Source: the human T2T-CHM13v2.0 reference genome, Homo sapiens
Assembly (NCBI RefSeq): GCF_009914755.1
Contig: NC_060925.1
Direction: 5' to 3' (one strand)
Length of the DNA: 64,000 nt
Shown here: positions 40,801 through 53,400 of the stretch, piece after piece
Position numbering within the stretch: the first letter of the stretch is position 1
How the letters are laid out: every line of letters starts with the position of its first letter
Notes under the pieces: generated by a model
What the model was told of the DNA's origin: nothing
The model's input: only the letters and a program-made list of their open reading frames with translations
The model's database searches: none
Position numbers and translations under genes: made by a program

Positions 40801-42715
40801 CTTATAGAAACTAGACAGAATGATTCTCATAAACTCCTTTGTGATGTGTGCGTTCAACTCACAGAGTTTAACCTTTCTTTTCATAGAGCAGTTAGGAAAC
40901 ACTCTGTTTGTAAAGTCTGCAAGTGGATATTCAGACCTCCTTGAGGCCTTTGTTGGAAACGGGATTTCTTCATATTCTGCTAGACAGAAGAATTCTCAGT
41001 AACTTCCTTGTGTTGTGTTTATTCAACTCACAGAGTTGAATGATCCTTTACACAGAGCAGACTTGAAACACTCTTTTTGTGGAATTTGCAAGTGGAGATT
41101 TCAGCCGCTTTGAGGTCAATGGTAGAAAAGTAAATATCTTCGTATAAAGACTAGACAGAATGATTCTCAGAAACTCCTTTGTGATGTGTGCGTTCAACTC
41201 ACAGAGTTTAACCTTTCTGTTCATAGAGCAGTTAGGAAACACTCTGTTTGTAAAGTCTGCAAGTGGATATTCAGACCTCCTTGAGGCCTTCGTTGGAAAC
41301 GGGATTTCTTCATATTCTGCTAGACAGAAGAATTCTCAGTAACTTCCTTGTGTTGTGTGTATTCAACTCACAGAGTTGAACGATCCTTTACACAGAGCAG
41401 ACTTGAAACACTCTTTTTGTGGAATTTGCAAGTGGAGATTTCAGCCGCTTTGAGGTCAATGGTAGAAAAGGAAACTATCTTCATATAAAGACTAGACAGA
41501 ATGATTCTCAGAAAATCTTTTGTGATGTGTGCGTTCAACTCACAGAGTTTAACTTTTCTTCTCATAGAGCAGTTAGGAAACACTCTGTTTGTAAAGTCTG
41601 CAAGTGGATATTCAGACCTCTTTGAGGCCTTCGTTGGAAACGGGATTTCTTCATATTATGCTAGACAGAATAATTCTCAGTAACTTCCTTGTGTTGTGTG
41701 TATTCAACTCACAGAGTTGAAGGATCCTTTACAGACAGCAGGCTTGAAACACTCTTTTTGTCGAATTTGCAAGTGGAGATTTCAGCCGCTTTGTGGTCAA
41801 TGGTAGAATACGAAACATCTTCTTATAGAAACTAGACAAAATGATTCTCATGAACTCCTTTGTGATGTGTGCGTTCAACTCACAGAGTTTAACCTTTCTT
41901 TTCATAGAGCAGTTAGGAAACACTCTGTTTGTAAAGTCTGCAAGTGGATATTCAGACCTCCTTGAGGCCTTCGTTGGAAACGGGATTTCTTCATATTCTG
42001 CTAGACAGAAGAATTCTCAGTAACTTCCTTGTGTTGTGTTTATTCAACTCACAGAGTTGAATGATCCTTTACACAGAGCAGACTTGAAACACTCTTTTTG
42101 TGGAATTTGCAAGTGGAGATTTCAGCCGCTTTGAGGTCAATGGTAGAAAGGTAAATATCTTCGTATAAAGACTAGACAGAATGATTCTCAGAAACTCCTT
42201 TGTGATGTGTGCGTTCAACTCACAGAGTTTAACCTTTCTGTTCATAGAGCAGTTAGGAAACACTCTGTTTGTAAAGTCTGCAAGTGGATATTCAGACCTC
42301 CTTGAGGCCTTCGTTGGAAACGGGATTTCTTCATATTCTGCTAGACAGAAGAATTCTCAGTAACTTCCTTGTGTTGTGTGTATTCAACTCACACAGTTGG
42401 ACGATCCTTTACACAGAGCAGACTTGAAACACTCTTTTTGTGGAATTTGCAAGTGGAGATTTCAGCCGCTTTGAGGTCAATAGTAGAAAAGGAAATATCT
42501 TCGTAGAAAAACTAGACAGAATGATTCTCAGAAACTCCTTTGTGATGTGTGTGTTCAACTCACAGAGTTTAACCTTTCTTTTCATAGAGCAGTTAGTAAA
42601 CACTCTGTTTATAAAGTCTGCAAGTGGATATTCAGACCCCTTTGAGGCCTTCGTTGGAAACGGGATTTCTTCATATTATGCTAGACAGAAGAATTCTCAG
42701 TAACTTCCTTGTGTT
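16874..42715 (+). repeat. Central HOR domain: 18-mers (XY-ABC-ABC-F, 3061 bp) and 16-mers (XYABCDEF, ~2720 bp) in the order 18,16,16,18,16,16,18,16,18
   Basis: X markers at 16874, 19935, 22656, 25376, 28437, 31154, 33874, 36935, 39655, 42716. Confidence 0.9.
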
Positions 42716-44415
42716 GTGTGTATTCAACTGACAGAGTTGAACTTTCATTTAGAGAGAGCAGATTTGAAACACTGTTTTTGTGGAATTTGCAAGTGGAGAT
42801 TTCAAGCGCTTTGGGGCCAAAGGCAGAAAAGGAAATATATTCGTATAAAAACTAGACAGAATCATTCTCAGAAACTGCTGCGTGATGTGTGCGTTCAACT
42901 CTCAGAGTTTAACTTTTCTTTTCATTCAGCGGTTTGGAAACACTCTGTTTGTAAAGTCTGCACGTGGATATTTTGACCACTTAGAGGCCTTCGTTGGAAA
43001 CGGGTTTTTTTCATGTAAGGCTAGACAGAAGAATTCCCAGTAACTTCCTTGTGTTGTGTGCATTCAACTCACAGAGTTGAAAGTTCCCTTAGACAGAGCA
43101 GATTTGAAACACTCTATTTGTTCAATTTGCAAGTGTAGATTTCAAGCGCTTTAAGGTCAACGGCAGAAAAGGAAATATCTTCGTTTCAAAACTAGACAGA
43201 ATCATTCCCACAAACTGCGTTGTGATGTGTTCGTTCAACTCACAGAGTTTAACCTTTCTGTTCATAGAGCAGTTAGGAAACACTCTGTTTGTAAAGTCTG
43301 TAAGTGGATATTCTGACATCTTGTGGCCTTCGTTGGAAACGGGATTTCTTCATATTCTGCTAGACAGAAGAATTCTCAGTAACTTCCTTGTGTTGTGTGT
43401 ATTCAACTCACAGAGTTGAACGATCCTTTACACAGAGCAGACTTGAAACACTCTTTTTGTGGAATTTGCAAGTGGAGATTTCAGCCGCTTTGAGGTCAAT
43501 GGTAGAAAAGGAAACTATCTTCATATAAAGACTAGACAGAATGATTCTCAGAAACTCCTTTGTGATGTGTGCGTTCAACTCACAGAGTTTAACCTTTCTG
43601 TTCATAGAGCAGTTAGGAAACACTCTGTTTGTAAAGTCTGCAAGTGGATATTCAGACCTCCTTGAGGCCTTCGTTGGAAACGGGATTTCTTCATATTCTG
43701 CTAGACAGAAGAATTCTCAGTAACTTCCTTGTGTTGTGTGTATTCAACTCACAGAGTTGAACGATGCTTTACACAGAGCAGACTTGAAACATTCTTTTTG
43801 TGGAATTTGCAAGTGGAGATTTCAGCCGCTTTGAGGTCAATGGTAGAATAGGAAATATCTTCCTATAGAAACTAGACAGAACGATTCTCAGAAACTCCTT
43901 TGTGATGTGTGCGTTCAACTCACAGAGTTTAACCTTTCTTTTCATAGAGCAGTTAGGAAACACTCTGTTTGTAAAGTCTGCAAGTGGATATTCAGACCTC
44001 TTTGAGGCCTTCGTTGGAAACGGGATTTCTTCCTATTCTGCTAGACAGAAGAATTCTCAGTAACTTCCTTGTGTTGTGTGTATTCAACTCACAGAGTTGA
44101 ACGATCCTTTACACAGAGCAGACTTGAAACACTCTTTTTGTGGAATTTGCAAGTGGAGATTTCAGCCGCTTTGAGGTCAATAGTAGAAAAGGAAATATCT
44201 TCGTAGAAAAACTAGACAGAATGATTCTCAGAAACTCCTTTGTGATGTGTGTGTTGAACTCACAGAGTTTAAGCTTTCTTTTCATAGAGCAGTTAGTAAA
44301 CACTCTGTTTATAAATTCTGCAAGTGGATATTCAGACCCCTTTGTGGCCTTCGTTGGAAACGGGATTTCTTCATATTATGCTAGACTGAAGAATTCTCAG
44401 TAAATTCCTTGTGTT
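42716..44415 (+). repeat. Atypical 10-mer X-Y-(A/C hybrid)-E-F, 1700 bp
   Basis: The dimer at ~43400-43740 starts as A (GGAAACTATCTTCATATAAAG) and continues as C (AAACTCCTT, CTGTTC, CTCCTTG); E and F follow. Confidence 0.8.
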
Positions 44416-47400
44416 GTGTGTATTCAACTGACAGAGTTGAACTTTCATTTGGAGAGAGCAGATTTGAAACACTCTTTTTGTGGAATTTGCAAGTGGAGAT
44501 TTCAAGCGCTTTGGGGCCAAAGGCAGAAAAGGAAATATCTTCGTATAAAAACTAGACAGAATCATTCTCAGAAACTGCTGCGTGATGTGTGCGTTCAACT
44601 CTCAGAGTTTAACTTTTCTTTTCATTCAGCGGTTTGGAAACACTCTGTGTGTAAAGTCTGCACGTGGATATTTTGACCACTTAGAGGCCTTCGTTGGAAA
44701 CGGGTTTTTTTCATGTAAGGCTAGACAGAAGAATTCCCAGTAACTTCCTTGTGTTGTGTGCATTCAACTCACAGAGTTGAACGTTCCCTTAGACAGAGCA
44801 GATTTGAAACACTCTATTTGTGCAATTTGCAAGTGTAGATTTCAAGCGCTTTAAGGTCAACGGCAGAAAAGGAAATATCTTCGTTTCAAAACTAGACAGA
44901 ATCATTCCCACAAACTGCGTTGTGATGTGTTCGTTCAACTCACAGAGTTTAACCTTTCTGTTCATAGAGCTGTTAGGAAACACTCTGTTTGTAAAGTCTG
45001 TAAGTGGATATTCTGACATCTTGTGGCCTTCGTTGGAAACGGGATTTCTTCATATTCTGCTAGACAGAAGAATTCTCAGTAACTTCCTTGTGTTGTGTGT
45101 ATTCAACTCACAGAGTTGAACGATCCTTTACACAGAGCAGACTTGAAACACTCTTTTTGTGGAATTTGCAAGTGGAGATTTCAGCCGCTTTGAGGTCAAT
45201 GGTAGAAAAGGAAACTATCTTCATATAAAGACTAGACAGAATGATTCTCAGAAAATCTTTTGTGATGTGTGCGTTCAACTCACAGAGTTTAACTTTTCTT
45301 CTCATAGAGCAGTTAGGAAAGACTCTGTTTGTAAAGTCTGCAAGTGGATATTCAGACCTCTTTGAGGCCTTCGTTAGAAACGGGATTTCTTCATATTATG
45401 CTAGACAGAATAATTCTCAGTAACTTCCTTGTGTTGTGTGTATTCAACTCACAGAGTTGAACGATCCTTTACAGAGAGCAGGCTTGAAACACTCTATTTG
45501 TCGAATTTGCAAGTGGAGATTTCAGCCGCTTTGAGGTCAATGGTAGAATAGGAAATATCTTCTTATAGAAACTAGACAGAATGATTCTCATAAACTCCTT
45601 TGTGATGTGTGCGTTCAACTCACAGAGTTTAACCTTTCTTTTCATAGAGCAGTTAGGAAACACTCTGTTTGTAAAGTCTGCAAGTGGATATTCAGACCTC
45701 CTTGAGGCCTTCGTTGGAAACGGGATTTCTTCATATTCTGCTAGACAGAAGAATTCTCAGTAACTTCCTTGTGTTGTGTTTATTCAACTCACAGAGTTGA
45801 ATGATCCTTTACACAGAGCAGACTTGAAACACTCTTTTTGTGGAATTTGCAAGTGGAGATTTCAGCCGCTTTGAGGTCAATGGTAGAAAAGTAAATATCT
45901 TCGTATAAAGACTAGAGAGAATGATTCTCAGAAACTCCTTTGTGATGTGTGCGTTCAACTCACAGAGTTTAACCTTTCTGTTCATAGAGCAGTTAGGAAA
46001 CACTCTGTTTGTAAAGTCTGCAAGTGGATATTCAGACCTCCTTGAGGCCTTCGTTGGAAACGGGATTTCTTCATATTCTGCTAGACAGAAGAATTCTCAG
46101 TAACTTCCTTGTGTTGTGTGTATTCAACTCACAGAGTTGAACGATCCTTTACACAGAGCAGACTTGAAACACTCTTTTTGTGGAATTTGCAAGTGGAGAT
46201 TTCAGCCGCTTTGAGGTCAATAGTAGAAAAGGAAATATCTTCGTAGAAAAACTAGACAGAATGATTCTCAGAAACTCCTTTGTGATGTGTGTGTTCAACT
46301 CACAGAGTTTAACCTTTCTTTTCATAGAGCAGTTAGTAAACACTCTGTTTATAAAGTCTGCAAGTGGATATTCAGACCCCTTTGAGGCCTTCGTTGGAAA
46401 CGGGATTTCTTCATATTATGCTAGACAGAAGAATTCTCAGTAACTTTCTTGTGTTGTGTGTATTCAACTGACAGAGTTGAACTTTCATTTAGAGAGAGCA
46501 GATTTGAAACACTGTTTTTGTGGAATTTGCAAGTGGAGATTTCAAGCGCTTTGGGGCCAAAGGCAGAAAAGGAAATATCTTCGTATAAAAACTAGACAGA
46601 ATCATTCTCAGAAACTGCTGCGTGATGTGTGCGTTCAACTCTCAGAGTTTAACTTTTCTTTTCATTCAGCGGTTTGGAAACACTCTGTTTGTAAAGTCTG
46701 CACGTGGATATTTTGACCACTTAGAGGCCTTCGTTGGAAACGGGTTTTTTTCATGTAAGGCTAGACAGAAGAATTCCCAGTAACTTCCTTGTGTTGTGTG
46801 CATTCAACTCACAGAGTTGAACGTTCCCTTAGACAGAGCAGATTTGAAACACTCTATTTGTGCAATTTGCAAGTGTAGATTTCAAGCGCTTTAAGGTCAA
46901 CGGCAGAAAAGGAAATATCTTCGTTTCAAAACTAGACAGAATCATTCCCACAAACTGCGTTGTGATGTGTTCGTTCAACTCACAGAGTTTAACCTTTCTG
47001 TTCATAGAGCAGTTAGGAAACACTCTGTTTGTAAAGTCTGTAAGTGGATATTCTGACATCTTGTGGCCTTCGTTGGAAACGGGATTTCTTCATATTCTGC
47101 TAGACAGAAGAATTCTCAGTAACTTCCTTGTGTTGTGTGTATTCAACTCACAGAGTTGAACGATCTTTTACACAGAGCAGACTTGAAACACTCTTTTTGT
47201 GGAATTTGCAAGTGGAGATTTCAGCCGCTTTGAGGTCAATGGTAGAAAAGGAAACTATCTTCATATAAAGACTAGACAGAATGATTCTCAGAAAATCTTT
47301 TGTGATGTGTGCGTTCAACTCACAGAGTTTTACTTTTCTTCTCATAGAGCAGTTAGGAAACACTCTGTTTGTAAAGTCTGCAAGTGGATATTCAGACCTC

Positions 47401-50400
47401 TTTGAGGCCTTCGTTGGAAACGGGATTTCTTCATATTATGCTAGACAGAATAATTCTCAGTAACTTCCTTGTGTTGTGTGTATTCAACTCACAGAGTTGA
47501 AGGATCCTTTACAGAGAGCAGGCTTGAAACACTCTTTTTGTCGAATTTGCAAGTGGAGATTTCAGCCGCTTTGAGGTCAATGGTAGAATAGGAAATATCT
47601 TCTTATAGAAACTAGACAGAATGATTCTCATAAACTCCTTTGTGATGTGTGCGTTCAACTCACAGAGTTTAACCTTTCTTTTCATAGAGCAGTTAGGAAA
47701 CACTCTGTTTGAAAAGTCTGCAAGTGGATATTCAGACCTCCTTGAGGCCTTCGTTGGAAACGGGATTTCTTCATATTCTGCTAGACAGAAGAATTCTCAG
47801 TAACTTCCTTGTGTTGTGTTTATTCAACTCACAGAGTTGAATGATCCTTTACACAGAGCAGACTTGAAACACTCTTTTTGTGGAATTTGCAAGTGGAGAT
47901 TTCAGCCGCTTTGAGGTCAATGGTAGAAAAGTAAATATCTTCGTATAAAGACTAGACAGAATGATTCTCAGAAACTCCTTTGTGATGTGTGCGTTCAACT
48001 CACAGAGTTTAACCTTTCTGTTCATAGAGCAGTTAGGAAACACTCTGTTTGTAAAGTCTGCAAGTGGATATTCAGACCCCCTTGAGGCCTTCGTTGGAAA
48101 CGGGATTTCTTCATATTCTGCTAGACAGAAGAATTCTCAGTAACTTCCTTGTGTTGTGTGTATTCAACTCACAGAGTTGAACGATCCTTTACACAGAGCA
48201 GACTTGAAACACTCTTTTTGTGGAATTTGCAAGTGGAGATTTCAGCCGCTTTGAGGTCAATAGTAGAAAAGGAAATATCTTCGTAGAAAAACTAGACAGA
48301 ATGATTCTCAGAAACTCCTTTGTGATGTGTGTGTTCAACTCACAGAGTTTAACCTTTCTTTTCATAGAGCAGTTAGTAAACACTCTGTTTATAAAGTCTG
48401 CAAGTGGATATTCAGACCCCTTTGAGGCCTTCGTTGGAAACGGGATTTCTTCATATTATGCTAGACAGAAGAATTCTCAGTAACTTCCTTGTGTTGTGTG
48501 TATTCAACTGACAGAGTTGAACTTTCATTTAGAGAGAGCAGATTTGAAACACTGTTTTTGTGGAATTTGCAAGTGGAGATTTCAAGCGCTTTGGGGCCAA
48601 AGGCAGAAAAGGAAATATCTTCGTATAAAAACTAGACAGAATCATTCTCAGAAACTGCCGCGTGATGTGTGCGTTCAACTCTCAGAGTTTAACATTTCTT
48701 TTCATTCAGCGGTTTGGAAACACTCTGTTTGTAAAGTCTGCACGTGGATATTTTGACCACTTAGAGGCCTTCGTTGGAAACGGGTTTTTTTCATGTAAGG
48801 CTAGACAGAAGAATTCCCAGTAACTTCCTTGTGTTGTGTGCATTCAACTCACAGAGTTGAACGTTCCCTTAGACAGAGCAGATTTGAAACACTCTATTTG
48901 TGCAATTTGCAAGTGTAGATTTCAAGCGCTTTAAGGTCAACGGCAGAAAAGGAAATATCTTCGTTTCAAAACTAGATAGAATCATTCCCACAAACTGCGT
49001 TGTGATGTGTTCGTTCAACTCACAGAGTTTAACCTTTCTGTTCATAGAGCAGTTAGGAAACACTCTGTTTGTAAAGTCTGTAAGTGGATATTCTGACATC
49101 TTGTGGCCTTCGTTGGAAACGGGATTTCTTCATATTCTGCTAGACAGAAGAATTCTCAGTAACTTCCTTGTGTTGTGTGTATTCAACTCACAGAGTTGAA
49201 CGATCCTTTACACAGAGCAGACTTGAAACACTCTTTTTGTGGAATTTGCAAGTGGAGATTTCAGCCGCTTTGAGGTCAATGGTAGAAAAGGAAACTATCT
49301 TCATATAAAGACTAGACAGAATGATTCTCAGAAAATCTTTTGTGATGTGTGCGTTCAACTCACAGAGTTTAACTTTTCTTCTCATAGAGCAGTTAGGAAA
49401 CACTCTGTTTGTAAAGTCTGCAAGTGGATATTCAGACCTCTTTGAGGCCTTCGTTGGAAACGGGATTTCGTCATATTATGCTAGACAGAATAATTCTCAG
49501 TAACTTCCTTGTGTTGTGTGTATTCAACTCACAGAGTTGAAGGATCCTTTACAGAGAGCAGGCTTGAAACACTCTTTTTGTCGAATTTGCAAGTGGAGAT
49601 TTCAGCCGCTTTGAGGTCAATGGTAGAATAGGAAATATCTTCTTATAGAAACTAGACAGAATGATTCTCATAAACTCCTTTGTGATGTGTGCGTTCAACT
49701 CACAGAGTTTAACCTTTCTTTTCATAGAGCAGTTAGGAAAAACTCTGTTTGAAAAGTCTGCAAGTGGATATTCAGACCTCCTTGAGGCCTTCGTTGGAAA
49801 CGGGATTTCTTCATATTCTGCTAGACAGAAGAATTCTCAGTAACTTCCTTGTGTTGTGTTTATTCAACTCACAGAGTTGAATGATCCTTTACACAGAGCA
49901 GACTTGAAACACTCTTTTTGTGGAATTTGCAAGTGGAGATTTCAGCCGCTTTGAGGTCAATGGTAGAAAAGTAAATATCTTCGTATAAAGACTAGACAGA
50001 ATGATTCTCAAAAACTCCTTTGTGATGTGTGCGTTCAACTCACAGAGTTTAACCTTTCTGTTCATAGAGCAGTTAGGAAACACTCTGTTTGTAAAGTCTG
50101 CAAGTGGATATTCAGACCTCCTTGAGGCCTTCGTTGGAAACGGGATTTCTTCATACTCTGCTAGAGAGAAGAATTCTCAGTAACTTCCTTGTGTTGTGTG
50201 TATTCAACTCACAGAGTTGAACGATCCTTTACACAGAGCAGACTTGAAACACTCTTTTTGTGGAATTTGCAAGTGGAGATTTCAGCCGCTTTGAGGTCAA
50301 TAGTAGAAAAGGAAATATCTTCGTAGAAAAACTAGACAGAATGATTCTCAGAAACTCCTTTGTGATGTGTGTGTTCAACTCACAGAGTTTAACCTTTCTT

Positions 50401-53400
50401 TTCATAGAGCAGTTAGTAAACACTCTGTTTATAAAGTCTGCAAGTGGATATTCAGACCCCTTTGAGGCCTTCGTTGGAAACGGGATTTCTTCATATTATG
50501 CTAGACAGAAGAATTCTCAGTAACTTCCTTGTGTTGTGTGTATTCAACTGACAGAGTTGAACTTTCATTTAGAGAGAGCAGATTTGAAACACTGTTTTTG
50601 TGGAATTTGCAAGTGGAGATTTCAAGCGCTTTGGGGCCAAAGGCAGAAAAGGAAATATCTTCGTATAAAAACTAGACAGAATCATTCTCAGAAACTGCTG
50701 CGTGATGTGTGCGTTCAACTCTCAGAGTTTAACTTTTCTTTTCATTCAGCGGTTTGGAAACACTCTGTTTGTAAAGTCTGCACGTGGATATTTTGACCAC
50801 TTAGAGGCCTTTGTTGGAAACGGGTTTTTTTCATGTAAGGCTAGACAGAAGAATTCCCAGTAACTTCCTTGTGTTGTGTGCATTCAACTCACAGAGTTGA
50901 ACGTTCCCTTAGACAGAGCAGATTTGAAACACTCTATTTGTGCAATTTGCAAGTGTAGATTTCAAGCGCTTTAAGGTCAACGGCAGAAAAGGAAATATCT
51001 TCGTTTCAAAACTAGAGAGAATCATTCCCACAAACTGCGTTGTGATGTGTTCGTTCAACTCACAGAGTTTAACCTTTCTGTTCATAGAGCAGTTAGGAAA
51101 CACTCTGTAAAGTCTGTAAGTGGATATTCTGACATCTTGTGGCCTTCGTTGGAAACGGGATTTCTTCATATTCTGCTAGACAGAAGAATTCTCAGTAACT
51201 TCCTTGTGTTGTGTGTATTCAACTCACAGAGTTGAACGATCCTTTACACAGAGCAGACTTGAAACACTCTTTTTGTGGAATTTGCAAGTGGAGATTTCAG
51301 CCGCTTTGAGGTCAATGGTAGAAAAGGAAACTATCTTCATATAAAGACTAGACAGAATGATTCTCAGAAAATCTTTTGTGATGTGTGCGTTCAACTCACA
51401 GAGTTTAACTTTTCTTCTCATAGAGCAGTTAGGAAACACTCTGTTTGTAAAGTCTGCAAGTGGATATTCAGACCTCTTTGAGGCCTTCGTTGGAAACGGG
51501 ATTTCGTCATATTATGCTAGACAGAATAATTCTCAGTAACTTCCTTGTGTTGTGTGTATTCAACTCACAGAGTTGAAGGATCCTTTACAGAGAGCAGGCT
51601 TGAAACACTCTTTTTGTCGAATTTGCAAGTGGAGATTTCAGCCGCTTTGAGGTCAATGGTAGAATAGGAAATATCTTCTTATAGAAACTAGACAGAATGA
51701 TTCTCATAAACTCCTTTGTGATGTGTGCGTTCAACTCACAGAGTTTAACCTTTCTTTTCATAGAGCAGTTAGGAAAAACTCTGTTTGAAAAGTCTCCAAG
51801 TGGATATTCAGACCTCCTTGAGGCCTTCGTTGGAAACGGGATTTCTTCATATTCTGCTAGACAGAAGAATTCTCAGTAACTTCCTTGTGTTGTGTTTATT
51901 CAACTCACAGAGTTGAATGATCCTTTACACAGAGCAGACTTGAAACACTCTTTTTGTGGAATTTGCAAGTGGAGATTTCAGCCGCTTTGAGGTCAATGGT
52001 AGAAAAGTAAATATCTTCGTATAAAGACTAGACAGAATGATTCTCAAAAACTCCTTTGTGATGTGTGCGTTCAACTCACAGAGTTTAACCTTTCTGTTCA
52101 TAGAGCAGTTAGGAAACACTCTGTTTGTAAAGTCTGCAAGTGGATATTCAGACCTCCTTGAGGCCTTCGTTGGAAACGGGATTTCTTCATACTCTGCTAG
52201 ACAGAAGAATTCTCAGTAACTTCCTTGTGTTGTGTGTATTCAACTCACAGAGTTGAACGATCCTTTACACAGAGCAGACTTGAAACACTCTTTTTGTGGA
52301 ATTTGCAAGTGGAGATTTCAGCCGCTTTGAGGTCAATAGTAGAAAAGGAAATATCTTCGTAGAAAAACTAGACAGAATGATTCTCAGAAACTCCTTTGTG
52401 ATGTGTGTGTTCAACTCACAGAGTTTAACCTTTCTTTTCATAGAGCAGTTAGTAAACACTCTGTTTATAAAGTCTGCAAGTGGATATTCAGACCCCTTTG
52501 AGGCCTTCGTTGGAAACGGGATTTCTTCATATTATGCTAGACAGAAGAATTCTCAGTAACTTCCTTGTGTTGTGTGTATTCAACTGACAGAGTTGAACTT
52601 TCATTTAGAGAGAGCAGATTTGAAACACTGTTTTTGTGGAATTTGCAAGTGGAGATTTCAAGCGCTTTGGGGCCAAAGGCAGAAAAGGAAATATCTTCGT
52701 ATAAAAACTAGACAGAATCATTCTCAGAAACTGCTGCGTGATGTGTGCGTTCAACTCTCAGAGTTTAACTTTTCTTTTCATTCAGCGGTTTGGAAACACT
52801 CTGTTTGTAAAGTCTGCACGTGGATATTTTGACCACTTAGAGGCCTTTGTTGGAAACGGGTTTTTTTCATGTAAGGCTAGACAGAAGAATTCCCAGTAAC
52901 TTCCTTGTGTTGTGTGCATTCAACTCACAGAGTTGAACGTTCCCTTAGACAGAGCAGATTTGAAACACTCTATTTGTGCAATTTCCAAGTGTAGATTTCA
53001 AGCGCTTTAAGGTCAACGGCAGAAAAGGAAATATCTTCGTTTCAAAACTAGAGAGAATCATTCCCACAAACTGCGTTGTGATGTGTTCGTTCAACTCACA
53101 GAGTTTAACCTTTCTGTTCATAGAGCAGTTAGGAAACACTCTGTAAAGTCTGTAAGTGGATATTCTGACATCTTGTGGCCTTCGTTGGAAACGGGATTTC
53201 TTCATATTCTGCTAGACAGAAGAATTCTCAGTAACTTCCTTGTGTTGTGTGTATTCAACTCACAGAGTTGAACGATCCTTTACACAGAGCAGACTTGAAA
53301 CACTCTTTTTGTGGAATTTGCAAGTGGAGATTTCAGCCGCTTTGAGGTCAATGGTAGAAAAGGAAACTATCTTCATATAAAGACTAGACAGAATGATTCT

